Source: Escherichia phage JLBYU24
Direction: 5' to 3' (one strand)
Length of the DNA: 64,000 bases
Sequence record: OK272476.1
Below the pieces are notes generated by a model. It worked only from the letters and a program-made list of their open reading frames with translations. It had not been told where the DNA came from and made no database searches. The position numbers and the translations under genes are program-made. Below are positions 37,010 to 46,619 of this stretch, piece by piece; the stretch's first letter is position 1; each line of letters starts with the position of its first letter.

Positions 37010-37660
37010 TTATATATTGTTAATTTGATTTAGAATTCTTTTTGCTTGAGTATGACTTACGCCAATATGCTTAGCATATTTAGACAATTCGCCACGTTTA
37101 GAAAAATCATATAATTTAGAAATTTCTATTCTTCTTTTTCTTTCATCCGCAGAAACTTTTGCTTCGTTTGCTTTTGCTATTTTACGTTTAGCTTCTTGAG
37201 AATGAGTTTTACCAGCAAAGCCATTCTTCATTAATCCATTTGAAGACCATCCTTTTAATTTTCCGTTAGAATGTGCCTTTTTAACACCCAATGAAATTAA
37301 TTCGCGTTGCTGATCTGTCATAGGATAATTATTTATATGGTCCCATCCACCTTCACCTCCAAGTTTTAAATTATACACATCTGGTCTATTTAAAAACTCT
37401 TCTGTGACAATATTTTTCTCGGCTTCAAGCATAGATTCTTTATCGTCAAAATACTCTAATATTTCTTTAGAAAAATTTTCTATACCATATTTATCTTGGG
37501 CTCTTTTTAATAATTTACCAGAACCCATATATCCATCATCTAAATTTTCGGTAGAATGCACACCAATATAAATTTTATTATTAATTTTATTTGTTATTTT
37601 ATAAAGATAAAAATGCATATCAGTCCCTAATAAAGAACTGAGCGTCTCACGACGAGTCAT
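37010..37660 (-). CDS. GIY-YIG homing endonuclease (Seg-like) inserted between the tRNA subclusters
   Basis: 216 aa; GIY-YIG motifs FYLYKITN...KIYIGVH, conserved R/E/N positions, basic C-terminal DNA-binding region; start may be Met at 37618. Confidence 0.8.
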   Translation of the reverse strand: MTRRETLSSLLGTDMHFYLYKITNKINNKIYIGVHSTENLDDGYMGSGKLLKRAQDKYGIENFSKEILEYFDDKESMLEAEKNIVTEEFLNRPDVYNLKLGGEGGWDHINNYPMTDQQRELISLGVKKAHSNGKLKGWSSNGLMKNGFAGKTHSQEAKRKIAKANEAKVSADERKRRIEISKLYDFSKRGELSKYAKHIGVSHTQAKRILNQINNI

Positions 37661-37664
37661 AAAT

Positions 37665-37738
<74 letters not shown>

Positions 37739-37743
37739 AAATT

Positions 37744-37832
37744 TGGTGCGAGAAGTGGGACTCGAACCCACAAGGAAATCATTCCGCAGCATTTTAAGTG
37801 CTGTGCCTTTACCAATTTGACCATTCTCGCGC
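37744..37832 (-). tRNA. tRNA-Leu (anticodon UAA), long variable arm, CCA encoded
   Basis: Manual fold: acceptor GCGCGAG/CTCGCGC, anticodon loop CTTAAAA. Confidence 0.8.
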
Positions 37833-37904
37833 TGGGAATAAAGGACTCGAACCTTTGCATCCTGGAATCAAAATCCAGTGCCTTACCAACTTGGCTAATT
37901 CCCA
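37833..37904 (-). tRNA. tRNA-Gln (anticodon UUG), 3' end abuts tRNA-Leu, CCA not encoded
   Basis: Manual fold: U1-A72 acceptor TGGGAAT/ATTCCCA, anticodon stem CTGGA/TCCAG, loop TTTTGAT. Confidence 0.75.
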
Positions 37905-37990
37905 ATTATTAACAAAGGCTCTTAAGCAAGAACCCTTGATGATAGAGGGTATTAATCAGTGCGGTATGAGTTAATAATAACAAATAATTC

Positions 37991-38506
37991 TTAAAGCAAA
38001 TTAAACATTTTAACAGTCGGCAAAACAATTTCTTTTTCTATATAAGAGTATTTAACACTCTCAACTACGCGCAGAAAATCATAATCATAATATTCAGAAG
38101 CACTGCCTAAAATATTAATAAGTCCTTCAAGCACTTTATTACCATTCACAAAGAATAAGTCAAATACACGTTCTTCGTCTTCTTCGGATTTATTACCAAG
38201 GTCAACTTCTATGTCAAAGACCTTTTTAATGAATTCTGGATAAAGTTGTTCTGAGAACAGTCCTTCAACCAAGTATTCATAAATAAAAAGCGATTGCTCG
38301 CTGAACAAGCCATTACCACAATAACGTTCAGCTTTAGTACTAGAATGTCTGCTTTTAAACTTCTTTAAAAGATATTGGAATTGTAAGATTTCATGCTCTT
38401 CTACGCCAAACAGTGTTTTAGTTTTATAGTTGTCACCATCATTTTCCCAGGTAGTGACATCAATTACGTAACCCTGTGGAATTGTAGTACCTAAACAAAT
38501 ATTCAT
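37991..38506 (-). CDS. Hypothetical protein (171 aa)
   Basis: ORF track. Confidence 0.65.
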   Translation of the reverse strand: MNICLGTTIPQGYVIDVTTWENDGDNYKTKTLFGVEEHEILQFQYLLKKFKSRHSSTKAERYCGNGLFSEQSLFIYEYLVEGLFSEQLYPEFIKKVFDIEVDLGNKSEEDEERVFDLFFVNGNKVLEGLINILGSASEYYDYDFLRVVESVKYSYIEKEIVLPTVKMFNLL

Positions 38507-38796
38507 TTGCTCACCATATTAATGTAAGTATATTCAATACATTCAAGACCCAAAGGATTCTTGAAAATATCATATTCAAGAGGACCTTTTTCCGTTTCAA
38601 TAAAGAAATCAAAATTTACTGTATTAAATTTACGGTCTTCCTTCACTAATTTAACTTGAGAAGATGAACGGTCAACATAAACCTTTTCAACTTCAAAACA
38701 TGTTAAAACACCATAATCATCAATCAAGGCTTTAGCCGCGTCTTGATCATATTTATATCCATTTTCAATTGATGATACTTTAGCATAAAGAATCAT
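38503..38796 (-). CDS. Hypothetical protein (97 aa)
   Basis: ORF track, ATGA coupling. Confidence 0.65.
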   Translation of the reverse strand: MILYAKVSSIENGYKYDQDAAKALIDDYGVLTCFEVEKVYVDRSSSQVKLVKEDRKFNTVNFDFFIETEKGPLEYDIFKNPLGLECIEYTYINMVSK

Positions 38797-38799
38797 TAT

Positions 38800-39189
38800 T
38801 TACCCTTCATCAACAATAGTATGAGTGTGGGCATTTACAATTTGCCACCAATCAAAGCGATTAGAACCATACATTGGTTTGTTCTCATTTTCTTTGATAA
38901 TGTCACGGAGTTCATCTTCGGTAGCGGCTTTCGCGATTAAATCAGCATATCCACCACGAGGATAATAATTATCACCTGCAAAAAGTAAAAAGTTTGGTTT
39001 AATATTATTAAACTCTTCAAGAGTAATAACTGTTCCGCCAGGTTGAACAATATCTACATAACTATATCCTAATTTTTGAGCAGCATCTACTGCTTCAAGC
39101 AGGGTATCATGAGCCCATCCAATTTGGCAATCTGGCTTTTCAGATGGATTAGCCTGATAATCCGCGTACACTTTATACATTCTATTCAC
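38800..39189 (-). CDS. Hypothetical protein (129 aa)
   Basis: ORF track. Confidence 0.65.
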   Translation of the reverse strand: MNRMYKVYADYQANPSEKPDCQIGWAHDTLLEAVDAAQKLGYSYVDIVQPGGTVITLEEFNNIKPNFLLFAGDNYYPRGGYADLIAKAATEDELRDIIKENENKPMYGSNRFDWWQIVNAHTHTIVDEG

Positions 39190-39367
39190 CTTTAGAAATT
39201 TTATCCATAACGATAGCGATTAAACCAATTAAAAATGCTACTACAAGTGAAAACACATTTTCTGCTGTAGTCAATAATCCGCATATAAATCCAACAAACA
39301 TTGAAAAACTAAAAGCAGAAGCAGAAATTGCAATAGCAACATTTCGAATTAATTCACAACGTTTCAT
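39182..39367 (-). CDS. Small membrane protein
   Basis: 61 aa, two hydrophobic helices. Confidence 0.6.
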   Translation of the reverse strand: MKRCELIRNVAIAISASAFSFSMFVGFICGLLTTAENVFSLVVAFLIGLIAIVMDKISKGE

Positions 39368-39395
39368 TTTATTCTCCTCGGTAGTTGATAGGGTA

Positions 39396-39425
39396 ATAGT
39401 ATCACTACCCTATCTAAAAGTAAAC
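39396..39425 (-). promoter_or_regulatory. T4-type early promoter
   Basis: GTTTAC (39420-39425), 18-nt spacer, TACTAT; spacer contains palindrome GGGTAATAGTATCACTACCC. Confidence 0.5.
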
Positions 39426-39659
39426 TTATTTTTTACGAAAAATTGATTTATTTTCTGCTGCCCATTTTTCAATAACTGCAGCAGGACCAGTAACAACAAT
39501 TTTATCACCGTAATCTTCTGCGGCGAGTTGACCGAAATTATCTAATGCATCACGAAGAACTCCATGAGGCATTTCACCCATTTTATCTTTCTTGCCGGTG
39601 TAAATAAACTCAACTTTTACATCAGAAGATTCAGCGATAAACTCTTTGAAAGTTTTCAT
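39426..39659 (-). CDS. Internal-protein-like small protein (77 aa)
   Basis: Starts MKTFKEFIAE (IP capsid-targeting-sequence-like); ORF-track entry 39426..39725 trimmed because upstream codons overlie the promoter. Confidence 0.7.
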   Translation of the reverse strand: MKTFKEFIAESSDVKVEFIYTGKKDKMGEMPHGVLRDALDNFGQLAAEDYGDKIVVTGPAAVIEKWAAENKSIFRKK

Positions 39660-39693
39660 TTTGATTTCCATTTGGTTTTGTTTTGATAGAGTA

Positions 39694-39723
39694 ATAGTAT
39701 CACTACTAAAACCCTGTGTAAAC
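39694..39723 (-). promoter_or_regulatory. T4-type early promoter
   Basis: GTTTAC (39718-39723), 18-nt spacer, TACTAT; ~65-nt region near-duplicated at 40004-40070. Confidence 0.5.
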
Positions 39724-39735
39724 AACTTTGTGAAA

Positions 39736-39993
39736 TTATTTTAAATCTTCTAATCGTTTCTTCATCTTAGAACCATTTTTAGCAATTTCTCCTGCATCTG
39801 AGCATAATGCTAAAAGCGCTTTAACTTTAGTTTGGTCTCCTTTAAAAGATGAAGGATCGACTGCAGCAGCAAGTTCTTTAATACGAGAGAAAAGACGCTC
39901 AGCTTCAGCTAAAGCCATTCCAAGCTTTACTTCCATACCGTGGGAAGATTCGGTGATAGTAGTTTTTGTAGCAAACTCTTTGAAAGTTTTCAT
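39736..39993 (-). CDS. Internal-protein-like small protein (85 aa)
   Basis: Starts MKTFKEFATK (IP capsid-targeting-sequence-like). Confidence 0.7.
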   Translation of the reverse strand: MKTFKEFATKTTITESSHGMEVKLGMALAEAERLFSRIKELAAAVDPSSFKGDQTKVKALLALCSDAGEIAKNGSKMKKRLEDLK

Positions 39994-40003
39994 TTTATTT
40001 TCC

Positions 40004-40033
40004 TAATTAATTTTGATGAGATAATAGTATCAC
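40004..40033 (-). promoter_or_regulatory. T4-type early promoter
   Basis: GTTTAC (40028-40033), 18-nt spacer, TACTAT. Confidence 0.5.
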
Positions 40034-40065
40034 TACCTCATCAACGTGTAAACAACTTTGTGAAA

Positions 40066-40762
<697 letters not shown>

Positions 40763-40763
<1 letters not shown>

Positions 40764-41476
40764 TATAGTACCTTTAGTGTATTTTTAATTTTAGAAAAAA
40801 GTTCTTCAAGAGAACCATCGTTTGTAATTACTAAATCGCCATCACGAATTGGCAATCCAGCTTCTGTAATATGAGTATCATTGGATTTTTGACCAGGACG
40901 AACTACATGAATTACTGTAGCACCCATCGCCCTAGCCGCATCCATTTCATGATCTTGACGAGTATCAGGAACGATATAATAATCATAACCTGAGTTAAAT
41001 TTATCAAGATAATCTAAAGCAAATAATTTTACCCAATACATGCGGTCGAAGTTATTAACAATCAAATCCGTACCTAGGGCTTGCATCAGACGACGGACTG
41101 ACCATTGATCTTCAATATTATTTATAACGTCAGCAATCTTGTTAAATGCTACGAAATTAACTGCGTCATCAAAAACAAACACACCTTTAATTGGGCTTTT
41201 ACTATTAAGATAGCAAAATGCTTGTTCCATAATCGTAATTACTTCTAATTTAGTCAGATTTAAATTAGTTTCACGATCATAGTCAATTCCTTCAAACTCT
41301 TTACGAGTTAAACAAGGATAGTCAGTGTTTGCTGCAAATACACCCCATGCATAAGCCAATGCATCTTTAATAGGACCAGCAAGTTGATATTTAACTGCAG
41401 AATAATTATTCATGATAAAATCTGCAGTAGTATCTTTTCCACTACGCTTTACACCACTTAAAAAGATTAGTTTCAT
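40763..41476 (-). CDS. 1: Deoxynucleoside monophosphate kinase
   Basis: 237 aa; P-loop LSGVKRSGKDT; T4 gene order. Confidence 0.92.
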
Positions 41477-41525
41477 ATGTTTCTCCTCAAATTTAGTTAA
41501 GATTATAACACATGAAACTGAAGCA

Positions 41526-42056
41526 TTAAACTTCTGCTATAATTTTACCATCTTTTTCTACTTGAAAATACGTATAAGGAATCGTTGCTGTACATACTAA
41601 AGCCGGGTCTGAATCTTCCGTGTAGCTAAATTCTACTTCAGACAGGTCAGAAACCCAAGGCTTATAAAAATTTATTGACATCACGATTTCAGTTTTACTA
41701 TTATCTAAAATGTAAAGCGTAATGTATTCAGGACCTGTTTTTTGGGCAGTATTTTCGCCTGTAAGATAGTTACTAGTTCCTAACATCCATTCATACATTC
41801 CTATCCACGACTTAAGCTCTTCATCAACTATAAATCTCACGATGAGTGGGTCGTACTCAAATGTAACTCCTGGACGTTGTGCTCTGCCCAGTCCAAACGG
41901 CCCAGTCACGGTATCAGTAACAGGTATCCTAATTCCTGGAATAGGAACTGACTGAGCATTTAAAGTAAAAGCAGATGTAGTATTACTATGCGGTATTGAT
42001 ACTACAAAGTTAGTTGTATTTGCTTGGTTAAAAATTTGTTGTAGTGCTTGCGACAT
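41526..42056 (-). CDS. 3: Tail completion protein gp3
   Basis: ORF 41526..42137 trimmed to Met at 42056 (RBS GAGGA), giving 176 aa as recalled for T4 gp3. Confidence 0.8.
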   Translation of the reverse strand: MSQALQQIFNQANTTNFVVSIPHSNTTSAFTLNAQSVPIPGIRIPVTDTVTGPFGLGRAQRPGVTFEYDPLIVRFIVDEELKSWIGMYEWMLGTSNYLTGENTAQKTGPEYITLYILDNSKTEIVMSINFYKPWVSDLSEVEFSYTEDSDPALVCTATIPYTYFQVEKDGKIIAEV

Positions 42057-42162
42057 ATATTCCTCATAATGCTTTATAAGTGTTGGTGGTATAATGGGTC
42101 TAAGTCCCTTCCATTCAATTCCAATTAGAACAAACAATAGAAAAGAATGGAAGATAATAGAA

Positions 42163-42987
42163 TTAGATATTTGACCAGACTTTGTTTGCAGAGAAACGTT
42201 TTCCTTTTGAAACGAACTGCTGAAGTGGCATTAACACAACGTTCGCCCAGTCTTTCGGGGCGATTTCAACGAGGCTACCCATAATATTACCAGGTATATA
42301 TGCCTTAATCATTTGGTCTGCACCCCTAAATCCTTTCACTTGACTCCAATCAATTTTTAATTTCGTTTTATTAGTAATAGTAGGTGTATTTGCATATTGC
42401 TTTAGAAGCTCTTCTAGGAATTGCTGACGAGCTTTAGGTGGAATATAGTGCAAGTTTAATCCGTACATTAAATTATGTTTACCTAAACCGAGGTAAATTA
42501 TCAAAGGAAATTTATCCCAATAAGGAAGAGTTTCTTTGTGTTTAGCATCGTAAGCAAAAGCATATATTCGTCCCGGCTGCGGGCGAACAACTTTATGTCC
42601 TTTTACCTGCTTAATAGTTTCAGCAAACCACTTTCTGGTTTTATTATTAATTGCTGCACCTTCATTACGAATTTTATCACGCAATGTTTGCCTGAATGAA
42701 TTTATCATAAGCAGTTGTCTTTCTTGCTTATTGAGTTTATTCATTGGTTTTGATTCAAGCTTTTGAATCTTTTCAGCCGTTTTAATTCCTGAAGCATATT
42801 TTGACATTGCCGAAGTAAACGTAGAGTATTTGATTCCTCTTTCTTCAGCAAATTGCTTTCCTGTCATTCCTTTTGCTTTGGCCTTTCTGTATTCAAGACC
42901 TATCTGAATCCATTTCTTTTCGTTTAATGATTGCTTAACCTTTGGAACTTGGGGAGTGCTTTCATTAATTATTTGAAAAATAGCCAT
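42163..42987 (-). CDS. 2: DNA end protector protein gp2
   Basis: 274 aa, T4 gene order and length. Confidence 0.85.
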   Translation of the reverse strand: MAIFQIINESTPQVPKVKQSLNEKKWIQIGLEYRKAKAKGMTGKQFAEERGIKYSTFTSAMSKYASGIKTAEKIQKLESKPMNKLNKQERQLLMINSFRQTLRDKIRNEGAAINNKTRKWFAETIKQVKGHKVVRPQPGRIYAFAYDAKHKETLPYWDKFPLIIYLGLGKHNLMYGLNLHYIPPKARQQFLEELLKQYANTPTITNKTKLKIDWSQVKGFRGADQMIKAYIPGNIMGSLVEIAPKDWANVVLMPLQQFVSKGKRFSANKVWSNI

Positions 42988-43439
42988 TATGCCCCCTTAA
43001 AGCCAAGAGCTCGTAATCCATCTTCTGTTAGAATTCTAAATTTTATTCCACGCTTTTCAGCTAAAGATTGTGCTGCTTTCCATTTGTCAGTATTAACAGA
43101 ATATGTATAAATTTCATTCATAAATCTTTTCTTCGCTGCGGTTGTTAGATGTGCTGGTTTAACTGGTGGTTGTGTTTCTTTTTTAGGTTTTATTTCAATA
43201 AAAAATTCTTGTCCAGAAGAATCTTTCATCCAAATATCCATGAAGTATCTACGTTTTTTCCCTTCTGCATTACAAAAATAAGGAATTACTGCTGTTTCAC
43301 TACCCCATGCAATAATTTCTGGATTTTTATCTAACCATTCAAAAAAGAATTTTTCCCAATTTGATCTATACGTAATTTTTTTAGGGTCACCTCTATATTT
43401 TGATATATTTTTAGGAACCCATTTTCCAGAATATGCCAT
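42987..43439 (-). CDS. 4: Head completion protein gp4
   Basis: 150 aa, T4 gene order and length, ATGA coupling with gp2. Confidence 0.85.
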   Translation of the reverse strand: MAYSGKWVPKNISKYRGDPKKITYRSNWEKFFFEWLDKNPEIIAWGSETAVIPYFCNAEGKKRRYFMDIWMKDSSGQEFFIEIKPKKETQPPVKPAHLTTAAKKRFMNEIYTYSVNTDKWKAAQSLAEKRGIKFRILTEDGLRALGFKGA

Positions 43440-43450
43440 TGGATTCTCCT

Positions 43451-43458
43451 TATAAATA
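43451..43458 (+). promoter_or_regulatory. Late promoter (TATAAATA) for gene 53
   Basis: Exact TATAAATA 29 nt upstream of gene 53 start. Confidence 0.6.
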
Positions 43459-43465
43459 GATAATA

Positions 43466-43473
43466 TATTTATA
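43466..43473 (-). promoter_or_regulatory. Late promoter (TATAAATA) for gene 4-2-3, divergent from the gene 53 promoter
   Basis: Minus-strand TATAAATA ~27 nt upstream of gene 4 start. Confidence 0.6.
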
Positions 43474-43486
43474 AACAGGAGGGCCC

Positions 43487-44077
43487 ATGCTCTTTACATT
43501 TTTTGATCCGATTGAATATGCGGCCAAAACGGTGAATAAAAACGCGCCGACTATTCCTATGACAGATATTTTTAGAAACTATAAAGACTATTTCAAACGC
43601 GCTCTTGCGGGATATCGCTTACGCACTTACTATATCAAAGGTTCACCACGCCCGGAAGAATTAGCAAATGCTATATATGGAAATCCGCAGTTGTATTGGG
43701 TTTTATTGATGTGTAATGATAATTATGACCCGTATTATGGATGGATTACTTCACAAGAAGCTGCTTATCAAGCATCTATACAAAAATACAAAAACGTAGG
43801 TGGAGACCAAATAGTATATCATGTGAATGAAAACGGTGAAAAATTTTATAATTTAGTATCATACGATGATAATCCATATGTTTGGTATGATAAAGGCGAT
43901 AAAGCTAAAAAATATCCTCAATATGAAGGAGCGCTTGCTGCGGTCGATACGTATGAAGCTGCTGTTCTTGAAAATGAAAAACTTCGTCAAATAAAAATAA
44001 TAGCAAAATCAGACATCAATTCATTTATGAACGACCTTATACGTATAATGGAGAAATCTTATGGAAATGATAAGTAA
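43487..44077 (+). CDS. 53: Baseplate wedge protein gp53
   Basis: 196 aa, T4 order and length. Confidence 0.85.
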   Translation: MLFTFFDPIEYAAKTVNKNAPTIPMTDIFRNYKDYFKRALAGYRLRTYYIKGSPRPEELANAIYGNPQLYWVLLMCNDNYDPYYGWITSQEAAYQASIQKYKNVGGDQIVYHVNENGEKFYNLVSYDDNPYVWYDKGDKAKKYPQYEGALAAVDTYEAAVLENEKLRQIKIIAKSDINSFMNDLIRIMEKSYGNDK

Positions 44078-45788
44078 TAACCTCAATTGGTTTGTTGGTG
44101 TTGTTGAAGATAGAATGGACCCATTAAAATTAGGTCGTGTTCGTGTTCGTGTTGTTGGTCTGCATCCACCTCAAAGAGCACAAGGTGATGTAATGGGTAT
44201 TCCAACTGAAAAATTACCATGGATGTCAGTTATTCAACCTATAACTTCTGCAGCAATGTCAGGAATTGGAGGCTCCGTTACTGGTCCGGTAGAAGGAACT
44301 AGAGTTTATGGTCATTTTTTAGACAAATGGAAAACTAACGGAATTGTCCTTGGCACGTATGGTGGAATAGTTCGCGAAAAACCGAATAGACTTGAAGGAT
44401 TTTCTGACCCAACTGGGCAGTATCCTAGACGTTTAGGAAATGATACGAACGTATTAAACCAAGGCGGAGAAGTAGGATATGATTCGTCTTCTAATATTAT
44501 CCAAGATAGCAATCTAGATACTGCGATAAATCCCGATGATAGACCGCTATCAGAAATTCCAACTGATGATAATCCAAATATGTCAATGGCTGAAATGCTT
44601 CGCCGTGATGAAGGATTAAGACTAAAAGTTTATTGGGATACTGAAGGATATCCGACAATTGGTATTGGTCATCTTATCATGAAGCAGCCAGTTCGTGATA
44701 TGACTCAAATTAATAAAGTTTTATCAAAACAAGTTGGTCGTGAAATTACCGGAAATCCAGGTTCTATTACAATGGAAGAAGCGGTAGCTTTATTTGAACG
44801 TGATTTGGCTGATATGCAACGTGACATTAAATCACATTCTAAAGTTGGCCCAGTTTGGCAAGCAGTTAATCGTTCTCGTCAAATGGCATTAGAAAATATG
44901 GCATTTCAGATGGGTGTTGGCGGTGTAGCTAAATTTAACACAATGTTAACTGCTATGTTAGCCGGAGATTGGGAAAAGGCATATAAAGCTGGTCGTGATT
45001 CATTGTGGTATCAACAAACAAAAGGCCGTGCATCCCGTGTTACCATGATTATTCTTACGGGAAATTTAGAATCATATGGCGTTGAAGTGAAAACCCCAGC
45101 TAGGTCTCTATCAGCAATGGCTGCTACTGTAGCTAAATCTTCTGACCCTGCTGACCCTCCTATTCCAAATGACTCGAGAATTTTATTCAAAGAACCAGTT
45201 TCTTCATATAAAGGTGAATATCCTTATGTGCATACAATGGAAACTGAAAGTGGACATATTCAGGAATTTGATGATACCCCTGGGCAAGAACGATATAGAT
45301 TAGTTCATCCAACTGGGACTTATGAAGAAGTATCACCGTCAGGGAGAAGAACAAGAAAAACTGTTGATAATTTGTATGATATAACCAACGCTGATGGTAA
45401 TTTTTTGGTAGCTGGCGATAAAAAGACTAACGTCGGTGGGTCAGAAATTTATTACAACATGGATAATCGTCTCCACCAAATAGATGGAAGCAATACAATA
45501 TTTGTGCGTGGCGATGAAACTAAGACGGTTGAAGGTAATGGAACTATCCTAGTTAAAGGTAATGTTACTATTGTAGTTGAAGGTAATGCTGACATTACAG
45601 TTAAAGGAGATGCTACCACTTTAGTTGAAGGAAATCAGACTAATACAGTAAATGGAAATCTTTCTTGGAAAGTTGCTGGGACAGTTGATTGGGACGTTGG
45701 TGGTGATTGGACAGAAAAAATGGCATCTATGAGTTCTATTTCATCTGGTCAATACACAATTGATGGATCGAGGATTGACATTGGCTAA
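44061..45788 (+). CDS. 5: Baseplate hub/cell-puncturing protein gp5 with lysozyme domain
   Basis: 575 aa; internal lysozyme domain MAEMLRRDEGLRLKVYWDTEGYPTIGIGHL similar to gene e; C-terminal VEGN/VKGN beta-helix repeats. Confidence 0.95.
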   Translation: MEMISNNLNWFVGVVEDRMDPLKLGRVRVRVVGLHPPQRAQGDVMGIPTEKLPWMSVIQPITSAAMSGIGGSVTGPVEGTRVYGHFLDKWKTNGIVLGTYGGIVREKPNRLEGFSDPTGQYPRRLGNDTNVLNQGGEVGYDSSSNIIQDSNLDTAINPDDRPLSEIPTDDNPNMSMAEMLRRDEGLRLKVYWDTEGYPTIGIGHLIMKQPVRDMTQINKVLSKQVGREITGNPGSITMEEAVALFERDLADMQRDIKSHSKVGPVWQAVNRSRQMALENMAFQMGVGGVAKFNTMLTAMLAGDWEKAYKAGRDSLWYQQTKGRASRVTMIILTGNLESYGVEVKTPARSLSAMAATVAKSSDPADPPIPNDSRILFKEPVSSYKGEYPYVHTMETESGHIQEFDDTPGQERYRLVHPTGTYEEVSPSGRRTRKTVDNLYDITNADGNFLVAGDKKTNVGGSEIYYNMDNRLHQIDGSNTIFVRGDETKTVEGNGTILVKGNVTIVVEGNADITVKGDATTLVEGNQTNTVNGNLSWKVAGTVDWDVGGDWTEKMASMSSISSGQYTIDGSRIDIG

Positions 45789-45798
45789 TATACTTCCA

Positions 45799-46317
45799 AT
45801 GAGCGCTGATTTAGGAGAATCCATGGAAGGTTCTTCTATCGACGTCACCTTTACCGCTCAATTAGAAACAGGTGAAACGTTAGTATCTATAAATATAACT
45901 AGTTACGAAGAAACTCCTGGGGTTTTAGTAGAAGAAAATCGCTTATACGGAACGTATGAATCTGTATTTGGTTTTGGAAATGACGCGTTGAAATATCGTT
46001 TAGGTGATGAATTTAAAACTGCTGCTTCATGGGAAGAACTTCCTACTGATTCTGACACTCAGTTGTATTTGTGGAAAGCTCCTCAAAATCTCCAGAAGAC
46101 ATTCACTTACGAAGTAACATTAATATATGACTACCAAGAACAAAGTGAATCTGGAGGTTCTGGCAGTAATTCTAGGTCATCTTCTGATACTACTGAACCG
46201 ACGGATCCTCCTGCTCCAGTAAGAAAAACTCTAGTTAAAAATTACACAAAAACTATAGTTGGAAATTGGAGTCGTTGGGCTAATAAATTGAGAAGCTATG
46301 TGTATGAGAGGCCATAA
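45799..46317 (+). CDS. Hypothetical protein gp5.1-like
   Basis: ORF 45760..46317 trimmed to first ATG after gp5 stop. Confidence 0.65.
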
Positions 46318-46611
46318 ATGTCAGGATTAAGTTATGATAAGTGTGTTACTGCCGGCCATGAAGCATGGCCTCCAACAGTTGTGAATGCTACGCAAAGTAA
46401 AGTATTCACTGGAGGAATTGCTGTTCTCGTAGCAGGTGATCCAATTACAGAACATACAGAAATTAAAAAGCCATATGAAACACATGGCGGAGTGACACAA
46501 CCTAGAACTTCTAAGGTATATGTCACTGGAAAGAAAGCTGTTCAAATGGCTGATCCAATATCATGCGGTGATACTGTGGCTCAGGCATCATCTAAAGTAT
46601 TCATTAAATAG
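46318..46611 (+). CDS. 5.4: PAAR-repeat spike-tip protein gp5.4
   Basis: 97 aa, T4 length and position after gene 5. Confidence 0.8.
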
Positions 46612-46619
46612 GATTTAAA

